Below, one piece after another: positions 1-8,097 of a DNA stretch of 64,000 bases; within the stretch, counting starts at the first letter, position 1, and each line of letters begins with the position of its first letter. The position numbers were made by a program, and so were the translations under genes. Under the pieces are notes generated by a model, which ran no database searches, was not told the DNA's origin, and saw only the letters and a list, made by a program, of their open reading frames with translations. Origin of the DNA: an uncultured Candidatus Binatia bacterium (GTDB lineage Bacteria; Desulfobacterota; Binatia; UBA9968; JAJDTQ01); the NCBI GenBank assembly GCA_965242525.1, contig OZ251459.1, positions 3,968,001-4,032,000 on the forward strand. Direction: 5' to 3'.

Positions 1-813
1 GGGTTGTGCGGCAACGTCCCCTACCGCCACTACCAGCGGCTGGCGGAGGCGCTGCCGGGGGTGGAATGGGTGGACTTCGGCGGCGAGATGCGGGAGCAGC
101 GCCAGGTCAAGAGCGGCGAGGAGATCGAGCGCATCCGGCAGGCCGCGGCCATGAGCGACGATTCGGTGGCGGCCCTGGCCGAGCACGCGCGTCCGGGAAT
201 CCCCGAGCACGAGCTCGCCCGGATCGTGGAGGACGCGTACCTGGGGAAGGGCGGCGTCAACGGCATCCACTTCATGATTACCACTTCCATGCGGGAACCC
301 CGGGGCGGGGTGCCGCAACAGCACCTGTCGAACCGGGTCCTGCAAAAGGGGGACGTGCTGGTGACCGAGATCAGCGCCAACTACGGCGGCTACTCGGGGC
401 AGGTGCTGCGCACCTTCACCATCGGCGAAGGCCCCACCCCCGAGTACCGGCGGCTCCACGACGCGGCCATGGAGGCGTTCCACCGGATCGAGCAGGTCAT
501 CCGGGCGGGCGCGGGGCCGGAGGATGTGCTGGAGGCCGCGGACGTGGTCCACGAACGGGGCTTCACGGTGTATGACGACGTGGTCCACGGCGCCAACCAG
601 TTGCCGCCGATCCTGCGGACGCGGCAGACCAGCCGCGGCGTCCCCGCGGACTTTCGCTTCCGCACGGACATGTGCCTGGTCATCCAGCCCAACGTGGTGA
701 CCGAGGACGGGTCCCGGGGAGTCCAGTTCGGCGAAATGCTGCGCGTCACCGACGCCGGACTGGAGCGGCTCCACGACTGTCCCCGGGAGCTCATCGTGTG
801 CGGGACCGGCTGA
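1..813 (+). CDS. M24 (Xaa-Pro peptidase/creatinase-like) family protein, 5'-truncated by window
   Basis: R.VKS.EEIE.IR.AA motif, pita-bread fold motifs (GY..QVLRTF, QPNV, GEML.VT..G.ERL). Confidence 0.85.
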   Translation, partial: GLCGNVPYRHYQRLAEALPGVEWVDFGGEMREQRQVKSGEEIERIRQAAAMSDDSVAALAEHARPGIPEHELARIVEDAYLGKGGVNGIHFMITTSMREPRGGVPQQHLSNRVLQKGDVLVTEISANYGGYSGQVLRTFTIGEGPTPEYRRLHDAAMEAFHRIEQVIRAGAGPEDVLEAADVVHERGFTVYDDVVHGANQLPPILRTRQTSRGVPADFRFRTDMCLVIQPNVVTEDGSRGVQFGEMLRVTDAGLERLHDCPRELIVCGTG

Positions 814-829
814 CGGGAGGAGGCGGGAC

Positions 830-1732
830 ATGCGCGCAGTGCAACGCCGAAGAACGGGCCGGGCAGCCGCGGCCGTGGTTGCGGCGGCCTTCTGGGCGGT
901 CCTGTGGCCGCCCTTGGGGAACGCCGCGGACGACCCGGTCCAGCGAGGCGCGTACCTCGCCCGGGCCGGCCTCTGCATCGCCTGCCACACCGACTACGAA
1001 AACGGCGGCGCCGAGCTCGCCGGCGGCAACGCCATCTCGGTCCCCTTCGGAACCATCTACAGCACCAACATCACGCCGGACCGAGAGACGGGCATCGGCG
1101 AGTGGAGCGACGAGGAGTTCCTCCGGGCCATGAGAAAGGGCGTCGGCCGCCGCGGCGAGCACCTGTTCCCGGCCTTCCCCTACACGTCTTTCACCCGCAT
1201 GACGGACGAGGACATCCTGGCCCTGAAGGCGTACCTGTCCAGCGTGGAACCCGTAAGGAAGGAGAACCGGGCGCACGAGTTGACCACGCCCTTCGGCTGG
1301 CGCTTCCTCTTGACCGGCTGGAAGTGGCGCTATTTCGACGAGGGCCGGTGGACGCCGGACCCTAGTCAATCGGCCCGCTGGAACCGCGGCGCCTACCTCG
1401 TCCGGGCGGTCACCCACTGCGGCGAATGCCACACCCCCCGGGATTGGGCCGGCGGGTTGCAGCGGGACCTCTTCCTGGCGGGAAGCGCATACGGACCCGA
1501 AGGAGAGCCGGCCCCCAACGTCACCCCGCACCCGGAGGCCGGCGTGGGCGACTGGACCGTGGAGGACATGGTGGAGTTGTTGCAGAGCGGCTTCAAGCCC
1601 GACGGCGACAATGTCCAAGGCCTGATGGAGAGGGTCACGGTCCACGGCTACGAACACATGACCGACGAAGACCTCACCGCCATCGCCGTGTACCTCCGCT
1701 CGCTGCCGCCCAACGACCACCGGGTGGAATAG
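830..1732 (+). CDS. Periplasmic diheme c-type cytochrome (gluconate/alcohol dehydrogenase cytochrome c subunit-like)
   Basis: Signal peptide; CIACH and CGECH motifs; STNITPD.ETGIG.W and PAFPY motifs. Confidence 0.9.
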   Translation: MRAVQRRRTGRAAAAVVAAAFWAVLWPPLGNAADDPVQRGAYLARAGLCIACHTDYENGGAELAGGNAISVPFGTIYSTNITPDRETGIGEWSDEEFLRAMRKGVGRRGEHLFPAFPYTSFTRMTDEDILALKAYLSSVEPVRKENRAHELTTPFGWRFLLTGWKWRYFDEGRWTPDPSQSARWNRGAYLVRAVTHCGECHTPRDWAGGLQRDLFLAGSAYGPEGEPAPNVTPHPEAGVGDWTVEDMVELLQSGFKPDGDNVQGLMERVTVHGYEHMTDEDLTAIAVYLRSLPPNDHRVE

Positions 1733-1781
1733 GGGGCCGGGGGTGCCGGCGGAGCATCGCGTCCGATAGCGGAGGAATCCG

Positions 1782-2102
1782 ATGGTTCGTCTCAGCAGTT
1801 TCGAGGCAGTTCACTACCGCGGCATCGACGGGTTGTCCCTGCCTCGTTTGAGCCGCGCCAATCTGGTTACAGGCGCGAACGGGGTCGGCAAGACGGCGCT
1901 GATCGAGGCGATCTGGCTGTTCATGGGCCGCTATAACCCCATGCTATTGTGGAATGTAAACGTACACCGCTCCGGCAACGTTGTCCTGGACCCCATCGCC
2001 AAGTTGTCAGACGGTGTGTTGGAACTCCGTGGAACGGAGGGTGGATCGAAACACGAGTGGAAAGCGACTTTCGACACGTCTCCGACGCAGTACAGGTCGT
2101 AG
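1782..2102 (+). pseudogene. Truncated AAA/ABC-type ATPase N-terminal fragment
   Basis: YRGI..L.L..L...NLVTGANGVGKT Walker A; ends after 106 aa with no Walker B. Confidence 0.7.
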
Positions 2103-2124
2103 CGAAGACTCCTGCACAGATTTC

Positions 2125-2253
2125 GACGCCGCCCGCGGCTACCGCAACCGCCAACGCTTCCGGGACGCCATCTACTTCCATTTCGGTGGCCTGGATGTCT
2201 ACCCCAATGGCGCCGCTTGAAGACCCCTCACCCACACGAATTCCTGAAGAGCC
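2125..2253 (+). mobile_element. ISL3-family IS right-end remnant
   Basis: Encodes ARGYRNRQRFRDAIYFHFGGLDVYP* (typical ISL3 transposase C-terminus) followed by CCCACACGAATTCCTGAAGAGCC (reverse complement begins GGCTCTTC, an ISL3-type IR). Confidence 0.8.
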
Positions 2254-2398
2254 TATTCCTGGATGTTCCGGATTCTGTCCCATTGATTGCCCGTGACGCC
2301 GTACGGACCGTCGCAGATGACCAGGTCGATACTCCCGTCGTCGATCCGGGGAAACAAGTCGAGGCGTCTGCATGGTAGATGCGATCCATCTCGAGCAT
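2254..2398 (-). pseudogene. N4/N6 DNA methyltransferase N-terminal fragment, frameshifted and IS-truncated
   Basis: MLEMDRIYHAD / frameshift / LDLFPRIDDGSIDLVICDGPYGVT..WD (DPPY-like motif IV); ends at the ISL3 IR. Confidence 0.8.
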
Positions 2399-2602
2399 TC
2401 GCCGGTCCCTCCGGTAGGGTTGGAGTCGATACGGTCTGGCTGCGCGATGACGGTCCTTGCCGGAACCCCGTTCGCGACGCAGTTGGAGAAAGCAGCCGCG
2501 GCGCCACGTCACGGTCTGTCCCACGGGCGGACGCCAGGGAAAGTACCGGAACCGGCGCGGCCCAAGTTGACAGGTAGGGGGCTTTGGGCTAGGCAGGGGG
2601 CC

Positions 2603-3454
2603 GTGAACGGTCTTCCGGCAGGCGTGAGCAGCCACTTCGTCGAAGTGGGCCAGGTCCGTACCCATTACCTGGAGGCGGGCGCGGGCCGCAGCCCCGTGGT
2701 GGTGCTGGTCCACAGCGGCGAGTTCGGCGGCCGGGCCGAGTTCAGTTGGCGCGACAACATCGCGCAGCTCGGGGAACACTTCCACGTCTATGCGCCGGAC
2801 ATGGCGGGCTTCGGACGCACCGACCTGGTGTACAGCTTCAGCGACCCGCTGGGTTTCCGGCTGAAGCACATGGCCGGCTTCCTGCGGGCCTTGGACGTCG
2901 GACCTGCCCATTTCATCGGCAATTCCTTCGGCGGCGGGTTCGTCCTGCAGATGGCCGTGGACCCGCGTTTCGAGGCGGCGTCGGTCATCACGGTGAGCGG
3001 CGGCGGCACGGCGCCGGACAACGACGTACGGAAGGTGCTCACCGGATACCGGGGCGAGTGGAGGGAGATGCGGGAGATCCTGCGGGCGTGCTTCTACCAC
3101 GAGCGCTGGTGGGCCGACCACGTGGTGGACGAGCGCTGGCGGGCGAGCCTGGAGCCGGGGGTGTGGGAAGCCTGCGCGGCCGCGCGTCTGGCGCCCCGGG
3201 GAAGGGCCAGGGGGTTCCGGCCGGTGCGGCCCGACTACGGCCGCATCCGTTGTCCGGTGCTGATCGTGGCGGGGGCCCAGGACCCGTTGCGCCTGCCCAC
3301 CTACGCCGCGGACCTCCAGGCGGAGATACCGGGCTCCGAGGTGAAGGTGTTCGACCAGTCCCGGCACTGTTCCCATGCGGAGCACCCGGACGAGTTCAAC
3401 GCCCTGGCCATCGACTTCATCCGGAGGCGCGCGGGGGAGGCGCCGGGTCCGTGA
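2603..3454 (+). CDS. Alpha/beta fold hydrolase
   Basis: APDMAGFGRT, GNSFGG nucleophile elbow, C-terminal His; GTG start chosen. Confidence 0.88.
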   Translation: MNGLPAGVSSHFVEVGQVRTHYLEAGAGRSPVVVLVHSGEFGGRAEFSWRDNIAQLGEHFHVYAPDMAGFGRTDLVYSFSDPLGFRLKHMAGFLRALDVGPAHFIGNSFGGGFVLQMAVDPRFEAASVITVSGGGTAPDNDVRKVLTGYRGEWREMREILRACFYHERWWADHVVDERWRASLEPGVWEACAAARLAPRGRARGFRPVRPDYGRIRCPVLIVAGAQDPLRLPTYAADLQAEIPGSEVKVFDQSRHCSHAEHPDEFNALAIDFIRRRAGEAPGP

Positions 3455-4242
3455 CGTGGCTTTCGGAGACCATGGAAGTGGACGGGGTGAGCCTGGGAGT
3501 CCGCCGACAGGGGGAAGGCGCCCCGCTGGTGGTCCTCTACGGGGACCAGCTCGACACGCAGGCGCCGCCTTTCGACGACGCCCTGGCCCGGCGTTTCCGC
3601 ACGGTGGTCCCGTCCCTGCCCGGGGTGAACCGCTCGGAGCTCCCCGACTGGATGGACGATATGGAGGACCTGGCCTTCCTGGGTCTCGACCTGCTCGAAG
3701 CCCTGGACGCGGGTCCCGTGCACCTGGTGGGCCACGGGTTCGGCGGCTGGGTGGCCGCGGAGATGGCGGTGCGCTCGCAGCGGCGCATCCGGCGGCTGGT
3801 GCTGTTCGATTCCGTGGGCGTGAAGGTATCGGGCCCCACCGTGCGCGACGTGGAAGACGTGTACGTGCGCACCGCGGAAGAGGTGGCGGAGCTGGCGTGG
3901 CACGACCCGGCCGCGGCCGGGTCGCTCAAGTGGCCGGGGATGGAGGGGTTGACCGAGGATGAGTTGCTGACCCTGCTGCGCAACCGCCAGTCGGTGCTGA
4001 AGTTCGGCTGGCGTCCTTTCATGCATAACCCGAAACTGTTGCGGCGGCTGGCCCGGGTGCGCGTCCCCACCCGCGTGTTGTGGGGCGCGAGCGACCGGGT
4101 GGTGTCCCCGAGCTACGGGCGCGCGCTCCAGCAGGGCATTCCGGGGGCCGGTTTCACGGAGATACCGGAGGCGGGCCACTACCCCCACTGGGAGCAGCCG
4201 GAGGCTCTGGCGCGAGCCGTCACGGAGTTCCTGGAGAGCTAG
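3451..4242 (+). CDS. Alpha/beta fold hydrolase (nucleophile Ser replaced: GHGFGG)
   Basis: PTRVLWGASD, AGHYPHWEQPE motifs; GTGA overlap with upstream stop. Confidence 0.85.
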   Translation: MTWLSETMEVDGVSLGVRRQGEGAPLVVLYGDQLDTQAPPFDDALARRFRTVVPSLPGVNRSELPDWMDDMEDLAFLGLDLLEALDAGPVHLVGHGFGGWVAAEMAVRSQRRIRRLVLFDSVGVKVSGPTVRDVEDVYVRTAEEVAELAWHDPAAAGSLKWPGMEGLTEDELLTLLRNRQSVLKFGWRPFMHNPKLLRRLARVRVPTRVLWGASDRVVSPSYGRALQQGIPGAGFTEIPEAGHYPHWEQPEALARAVTEFLES

Positions 4243-4262
4243 AACGAGAGGAGGGCCGGGAA

Positions 4263-5384
4263 ATGCTCGCCTACCACTTCACGGAGATGCCCTATCCGTT
4301 CCTGCCCGACGACGTGGAGGAGCGGCACGGGGCCATGCGCGTGACCTTGCCCAGCCGCTACTGCGACCCCCGCACCACCCACGACCTCTACAACCGCTAC
4401 CTCGACGAGTACGAGTACGCCGACGAGATGGGGCTGGAGATCATGCTCAACGAGCACCACGCCACCGCCACGTGCCTCGCCGCCAACGTCTCCATCACCG
4501 CGGCGGCGCTGGTGCGGCGCACCAGGCGCGCGAAGATCCTGTGCCTGGGCTTCCCCCTCGCCCACCGCAACCCCATCCAGGTGGCGGAGGACGCGGCCAT
4601 GCTCGACGTCATGTCGGGCGGGCGGCTCATCGCCGGGTTCGTGCGCGGCGTGGGGACCGAGGTCCACCCAGCCAACACCAACCCGTCCGATACCCGGGAA
4701 CGGATGCAGGAAGCCCATGACCTGATCCTGAAGGCGTGGGAGACCCAGGACGTGTTCAACTGGGAGGGCAAGCACTACCACTTCCGCTACGTCAACCCCT
4801 GGCCGCGGCCCTTCCAGCAACCCCATCCTCCCATCTGGATCACCGGCAGCAACCCGGCCGCAGTGCCCTGGGTGGCGGACCGCCACTACACGCTCGCCAC
4901 GGTCCTGTCGTCCTACGACCAGACCGACGCCATATTCGGCGCCTACCGGGACCGCTGCCGGGAGATGGGGTATCCCGAGCCGGGCGCGGACAAGTTCGCC
5001 TATTGCGCCCTGTGCTTCACCGGCGAGACCGAGAAGAAGGCCGAGGAAGGGGGCCGCAAGCTGCTCTGGTACCTCAACAAGAGGCGGCCCGTGGGGTTCT
5101 TCGCCCCGCCCGGTTTCGTGCCGCCCCAGGGGCTCCTGCGTTTCTTCGACCCCAAGGGCAACGCCCGCTACAACCGCAGCTACGAGGCGCTCATGGACCA
5201 GGGCGTCATCATCGCCGGCACCCCGGCGAAGGTCCTGGAAAAGGTCAAGTACCTCCACGACCGCTGCGGCGTGGGCCACCTCCTGATGATGAACCAGGCG
5301 GGCTTCCTGACCTCGGAAGAGACCCGCCGCAGCATGGAACTCTTCGCCGCCGAGGTGTACCCGGAACTGCGGACGTTGCAGTGA
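4263..5384 (+). CDS. Luciferase-like (LLM class) flavin-dependent oxidoreductase
   Basis: NEHH, AMLDVMSGGRLIAGFVRG, PFQQPHPPIW motifs; GA-rich RBS. Confidence 0.92.
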   Translation: MLAYHFTEMPYPFLPDDVEERHGAMRVTLPSRYCDPRTTHDLYNRYLDEYEYADEMGLEIMLNEHHATATCLAANVSITAAALVRRTRRAKILCLGFPLAHRNPIQVAEDAAMLDVMSGGRLIAGFVRGVGTEVHPANTNPSDTRERMQEAHDLILKAWETQDVFNWEGKHYHFRYVNPWPRPFQQPHPPIWITGSNPAAVPWVADRHYTLATVLSSYDQTDAIFGAYRDRCREMGYPEPGADKFAYCALCFTGETEKKAEEGGRKLLWYLNKRRPVGFFAPPGFVPPQGLLRFFDPKGNARYNRSYEALMDQGVIIAGTPAKVLEKVKYLHDRCGVGHLLMMNQAGFLTSEETRRSMELFAAEVYPELRTLQ

Positions 5385-5454
5385 CCCGCGGCGGGTTGCG
5401 CTTGCGGGGAGGCTTCCAGCCAAGCGTTCCGGGTGTTCCGTGACATTCCCCGCA

Positions 5455-5576
5455 GTTCCTTCCCGCGCAAGCCCCCCCGTCCTTCCGGCGCAACTCCACC
5501 TGTCCTTCCCGCGAAGGCCTACCCGTCCTTCCCGCACAAGCCCACCCTCCGTCATTCCCGCGAAAGCGGGAATCCA
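5455..5576 (+). repeat. REP-like palindrome family B (GTCATTCCCGCGAAAGCGGGAATCCA) with four degenerate tandem half-copies
   Basis: Full unit 5551-5576; GTCCTTCCCGC-like half-units at ~5455, 5479, 5502, 5525. Confidence 0.8.
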
Positions 5577-5627
5577 TCCATTTTTCGTGTAGGCAAGGTA
5601 GAAAGGAAGGGGTAGGATCATCCCGGG

Positions 5628-5666
5628 ACGGACGCCATTGACACGGACGCCATTGACGCCTATATG
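5628..5666 (+). promoter_or_regulatory. Sigma70-like promoter within a 15-bp tandem duplication upstream of the TA pair
   Basis: ACGGACGCCATTGAC x2 (5628-5657); TTGACA(5638)-17 nt-TATATG(5661). Confidence 0.5.
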
Positions 5667-6008
5667 TGGACCCATTGGCAAACAGTCGTCGAGACACCCG
5701 AATATCTTGCAGCAGCCAAGGGTGTACTGTCCGATGCCGAACGGAGCAAGGTCGTCGATACGGTAGCCGCAAACCCCAAGGTGGGCGTCTCGCTCGGCGG
5801 CGGCATACGCAAGATGCGGGGCACCCGTCAGGGACGCGGCAAAAGCGGAGGGGTTCGTGTGGTATTCCTGTTCGCTGGCGAGGACCTTCCGGTGTTCTTG
5901 CTCACCGTCTTCGCCAAGAACGAGAAAGCGGACCTCAGCCCCAGGGAGCGAGCCGCATTGATCGCCGCTGCGAAGCGAATAGTCGAAGATTACGGGAGGC
6001 TCACATGA
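5664..6008 (+). CDS. Type II TA toxin, RelE/ParE (HigB-like) family
   Basis: TVVETP, GGIRKMR, GKSGGVRV.F, VFLLTVFAKNEKADL motifs. Confidence 0.9.
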   Translation: MWTHWQTVVETPEYLAAAKGVLSDAERSKVVDTVAANPKVGVSLGGGIRKMRGTRQGRGKSGGVRVVFLFAGEDLPVFLLTVFAKNEKADLSPRERAALIAAAKRIVEDYGRLT

Positions 6009-6331
6009 GCAAGGCTTTCAGGAAGATCATGGCCGGGCTGGATGATGCACGCGCGTACCTGGACGGCCAACGGGACGGTTTTGTCGTACATGAAATCGCA
6101 GCGCCCGAGGTGCCGGAACCCGATGTCGCCACCATACGCGGGAAGACGGGCCTTTCACAGCCCAACTTTGCCAGGAGTATCGGGGTATCCCTCGGCACGC
6201 TCAAGAATTGGGAACAGGGCCGCCGCCGTCCGGAAGGACCGGCGCGGGTCTTGCTGGCCCTGCTGGCCAAGCGGCCCTCCATCGTGCAAGAAGAACTCAT
6301 CCCTTCAGGATCTCCACACGCTGATGTGTAG
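6005..6331 (+). CDS. XRE-type HTH antitoxin (HigA-like)
   Basis: IRGKTGLSQPNFA..IGVSLGTLKNWEQGRRRPEGPARVLL; ATGA overlap with toxin. Confidence 0.9.
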   Translation: MSKAFRKIMAGLDDARAYLDGQRDGFVVHEIAAPEVPEPDVATIRGKTGLSQPNFARSIGVSLGTLKNWEQGRRRPEGPARVLLALLAKRPSIVQEELIPSGSPHADV

Positions 6332-6370
6332 CAGGATCGTCCAATGCAGGATGCCACTGAACAATGAGAG

Positions 6371-6511
6371 GGAACCTCTGAACAATCCAGACAGGGGGCA
6401 TGAGCGCGTCCTTCGACTTCGCTTCGCTACGCTCAGGACGAACGGGGATAGGGGCGTCAGGGTGAGGGAATCGGGAATCCATCCCGGATGTCTCGATTGT
6501 TCAGAGGTTCC
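6371..6511. mobile_element. MITE, long form (141 bp)
   Basis: TIR GGAACCTCTGAACAATC / GATTGTTCAGAGGTTCC; AGAG duplicated on both sides; internal REP-like unit. Confidence 0.9.
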
Positions 6512-6527
6512 AGAGGAGGCTTGTTGA

Positions 6528-7499
6528 ATGGCCAAGTATTGGCAGATCGCCGCTGGCTACCAAGGACGACGCTACGGAGAGTTGTTCTTGAAATACGGGA
6601 TGGCGTTCATAGGCGATAAGACACGTATGGACAAGGTGTCCGTTGGAGACATACTCGTTCTTAAGGATGGGAAAACGGCCATCCGGGCAGTCGGCGAGGT
6701 CCAGAGAAACGCTGACGGCGACAAGGACTGGCTCAAGGACTTCGACGGATGGGATCTGTCACACTACAAGTACGTTAATTGGAAAATTCCTTTGAACGGG
6801 AAGGAGGGTGTCAAGGGGCTCGGGCTCGTGCAAGGCATGTTGAAGAGGATTCACAAGCAACAACTGCGGCAGCGCGTGGACACGATCTGGGCAGAGGGGG
6901 GAGAGTGCAAACCTTGCGAAGAACCAAAGCCAACCAACCAGGTGACAGACAAGGAATTGCTCAGGTTTTTGCTTCAGCAGGGGTTTCGTCCAAGCTCTGC
7001 CGACGAGTTGATACGGACGATCTCCAAGGTCCGGCTGCTCGCCGACTACTACTACGAGTACAAGAAGAAGAAAGACATCCGGGAGCGTGAGACGAGGACG
7101 TTTCTCGTCGTCCCTCTACTTCTGGCATTGGGATGGTCGGAACAGCAACTCAAGATCGAGCAGCCTTGTGGTAGAAAACGGGCCGATATAGCGTGCTTCC
7201 GACCAATATACAATGGAAGTCATGAAGATTGTGTATCTGTGATCGAGACGAAAGGGTTTTCTATAGGTCTAGAGTACGCACAGAAGCAGGCGATCGAATA
7301 CGCCGGGGAATTCCCGAACTGCAGGACCATGGTTCTGACCAACGGATATTGCTACAAGGTCTTTGTAAAGGACGACGACGGTTTTACTCCGAATCCCACC
7401 GCCTATCTCAACCTGCGGGACCCGCGTCAGAGGTACCCACTTGACCCGGAGAACGTAGATGGCGCGTGTAGAGCGATCAAGTGTTTGCTGCCGAACTAG
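6528..7499 (+). CDS. Putative restriction nuclease: N-terminal PUA/EVE-like domain + HsdR_N-like PD-(D/E)xK domain
   Basis: N-term YWQIAAG...VSVGDILVLK...IRAVGEV...YVNW; C-term E.ETR..LV.PLL.ALGW, RADIA, VIETKG, QAIEYA, LTNG; lower GC. Confidence 0.72.
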   Translation: MAKYWQIAAGYQGRRYGELFLKYGMAFIGDKTRMDKVSVGDILVLKDGKTAIRAVGEVQRNADGDKDWLKDFDGWDLSHYKYVNWKIPLNGKEGVKGLGLVQGMLKRIHKQQLRQRVDTIWAEGGECKPCEEPKPTNQVTDKELLRFLLQQGFRPSSADELIRTISKVRLLADYYYEYKKKKDIRERETRTFLVVPLLLALGWSEQQLKIEQPCGRKRADIACFRPIYNGSHEDCVSVIETKGFSIGLEYAQKQAIEYAGEFPNCRTMVLTNGYCYKVFVKDDDGFTPNPTAYLNLRDPRQRYPLDPENVDGACRAIKCLLPN

Positions 7500-8002
7500 G
7501 CCTTTCCGCAGGTTCGGGCGAGAACGTACGCAGTCTGGATGTTGCCGGCTTCCGACCGGCGGCGGAGCAACGATCTTTCGTCGAAAGCCGGGAACAGGAA
7601 GAGCTTGCAGTCAGGCTTCGGGCTGCATTTGAAGCCGAACCTATCGAGGACGGCATGAATCACCCGGCCGAAACGACCATCGGAAGGGCATTGCAGTCCG
7701 AGAAAGGTCGGGACGTTCTCGAATGGTTGAGGACCTTTGCCCTGGATACCGCTCGCCCGGGTTTCGCGGCGTCGGTTCTGCGGTGCCTGGGGCGTCAAGA
7801 GCGTCCGGGGACTGGTTCATGGCGCGTCGGCCTCGTGCGCGATGGGTTGGCTACGGAGGATGTGGGGATCAGGGACGCCGCTGTGCAAGCGGCGGAACTA
7901 TGGGGCGACCGGAACATGCGGAAGGTTCTCGATGAGCATTCCGAACCGGTGTTTTGGCTTCGAGACTACGTTCGAGACGTCATCAAGGACCTTCCACATT
8001 GA
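7481..8002 (+). CDS. Hypothetical helical/HEAT-like protein (start uncertain)
   Basis: Lower-GC ORF with IRDAAVQAAELWGD helical motif; overlaps nuclease stop. Confidence 0.55.
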   Translation: MFAAELGLSAGSGENVRSLDVAGFRPAAEQRSFVESREQEELAVRLRAAFEAEPIEDGMNHPAETTIGRALQSEKGRDVLEWLRTFALDTARPGFAASVLRCLGRQERPGTGSWRVGLVRDGLATEDVGIRDAAVQAAELWGDRNMRKVLDEHSEPVFWLRDYVRDVIKDLPH

Positions 8003-8097
8003 CGGCCTTCGGGCCGAAATGGTGAGATGAAGAGTCGGTTCGAACCTGACCTCGACACCCAACGCCAAGTATCCGGCGCATCCTCTCCGGGAGCGGC

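Noticed and set aside
5455-5550. Short periodic repeats as a mini-CRISPR
   Set aside because: Period of only 23-26 bp, degenerate, and derived from the adjacent palindrome.
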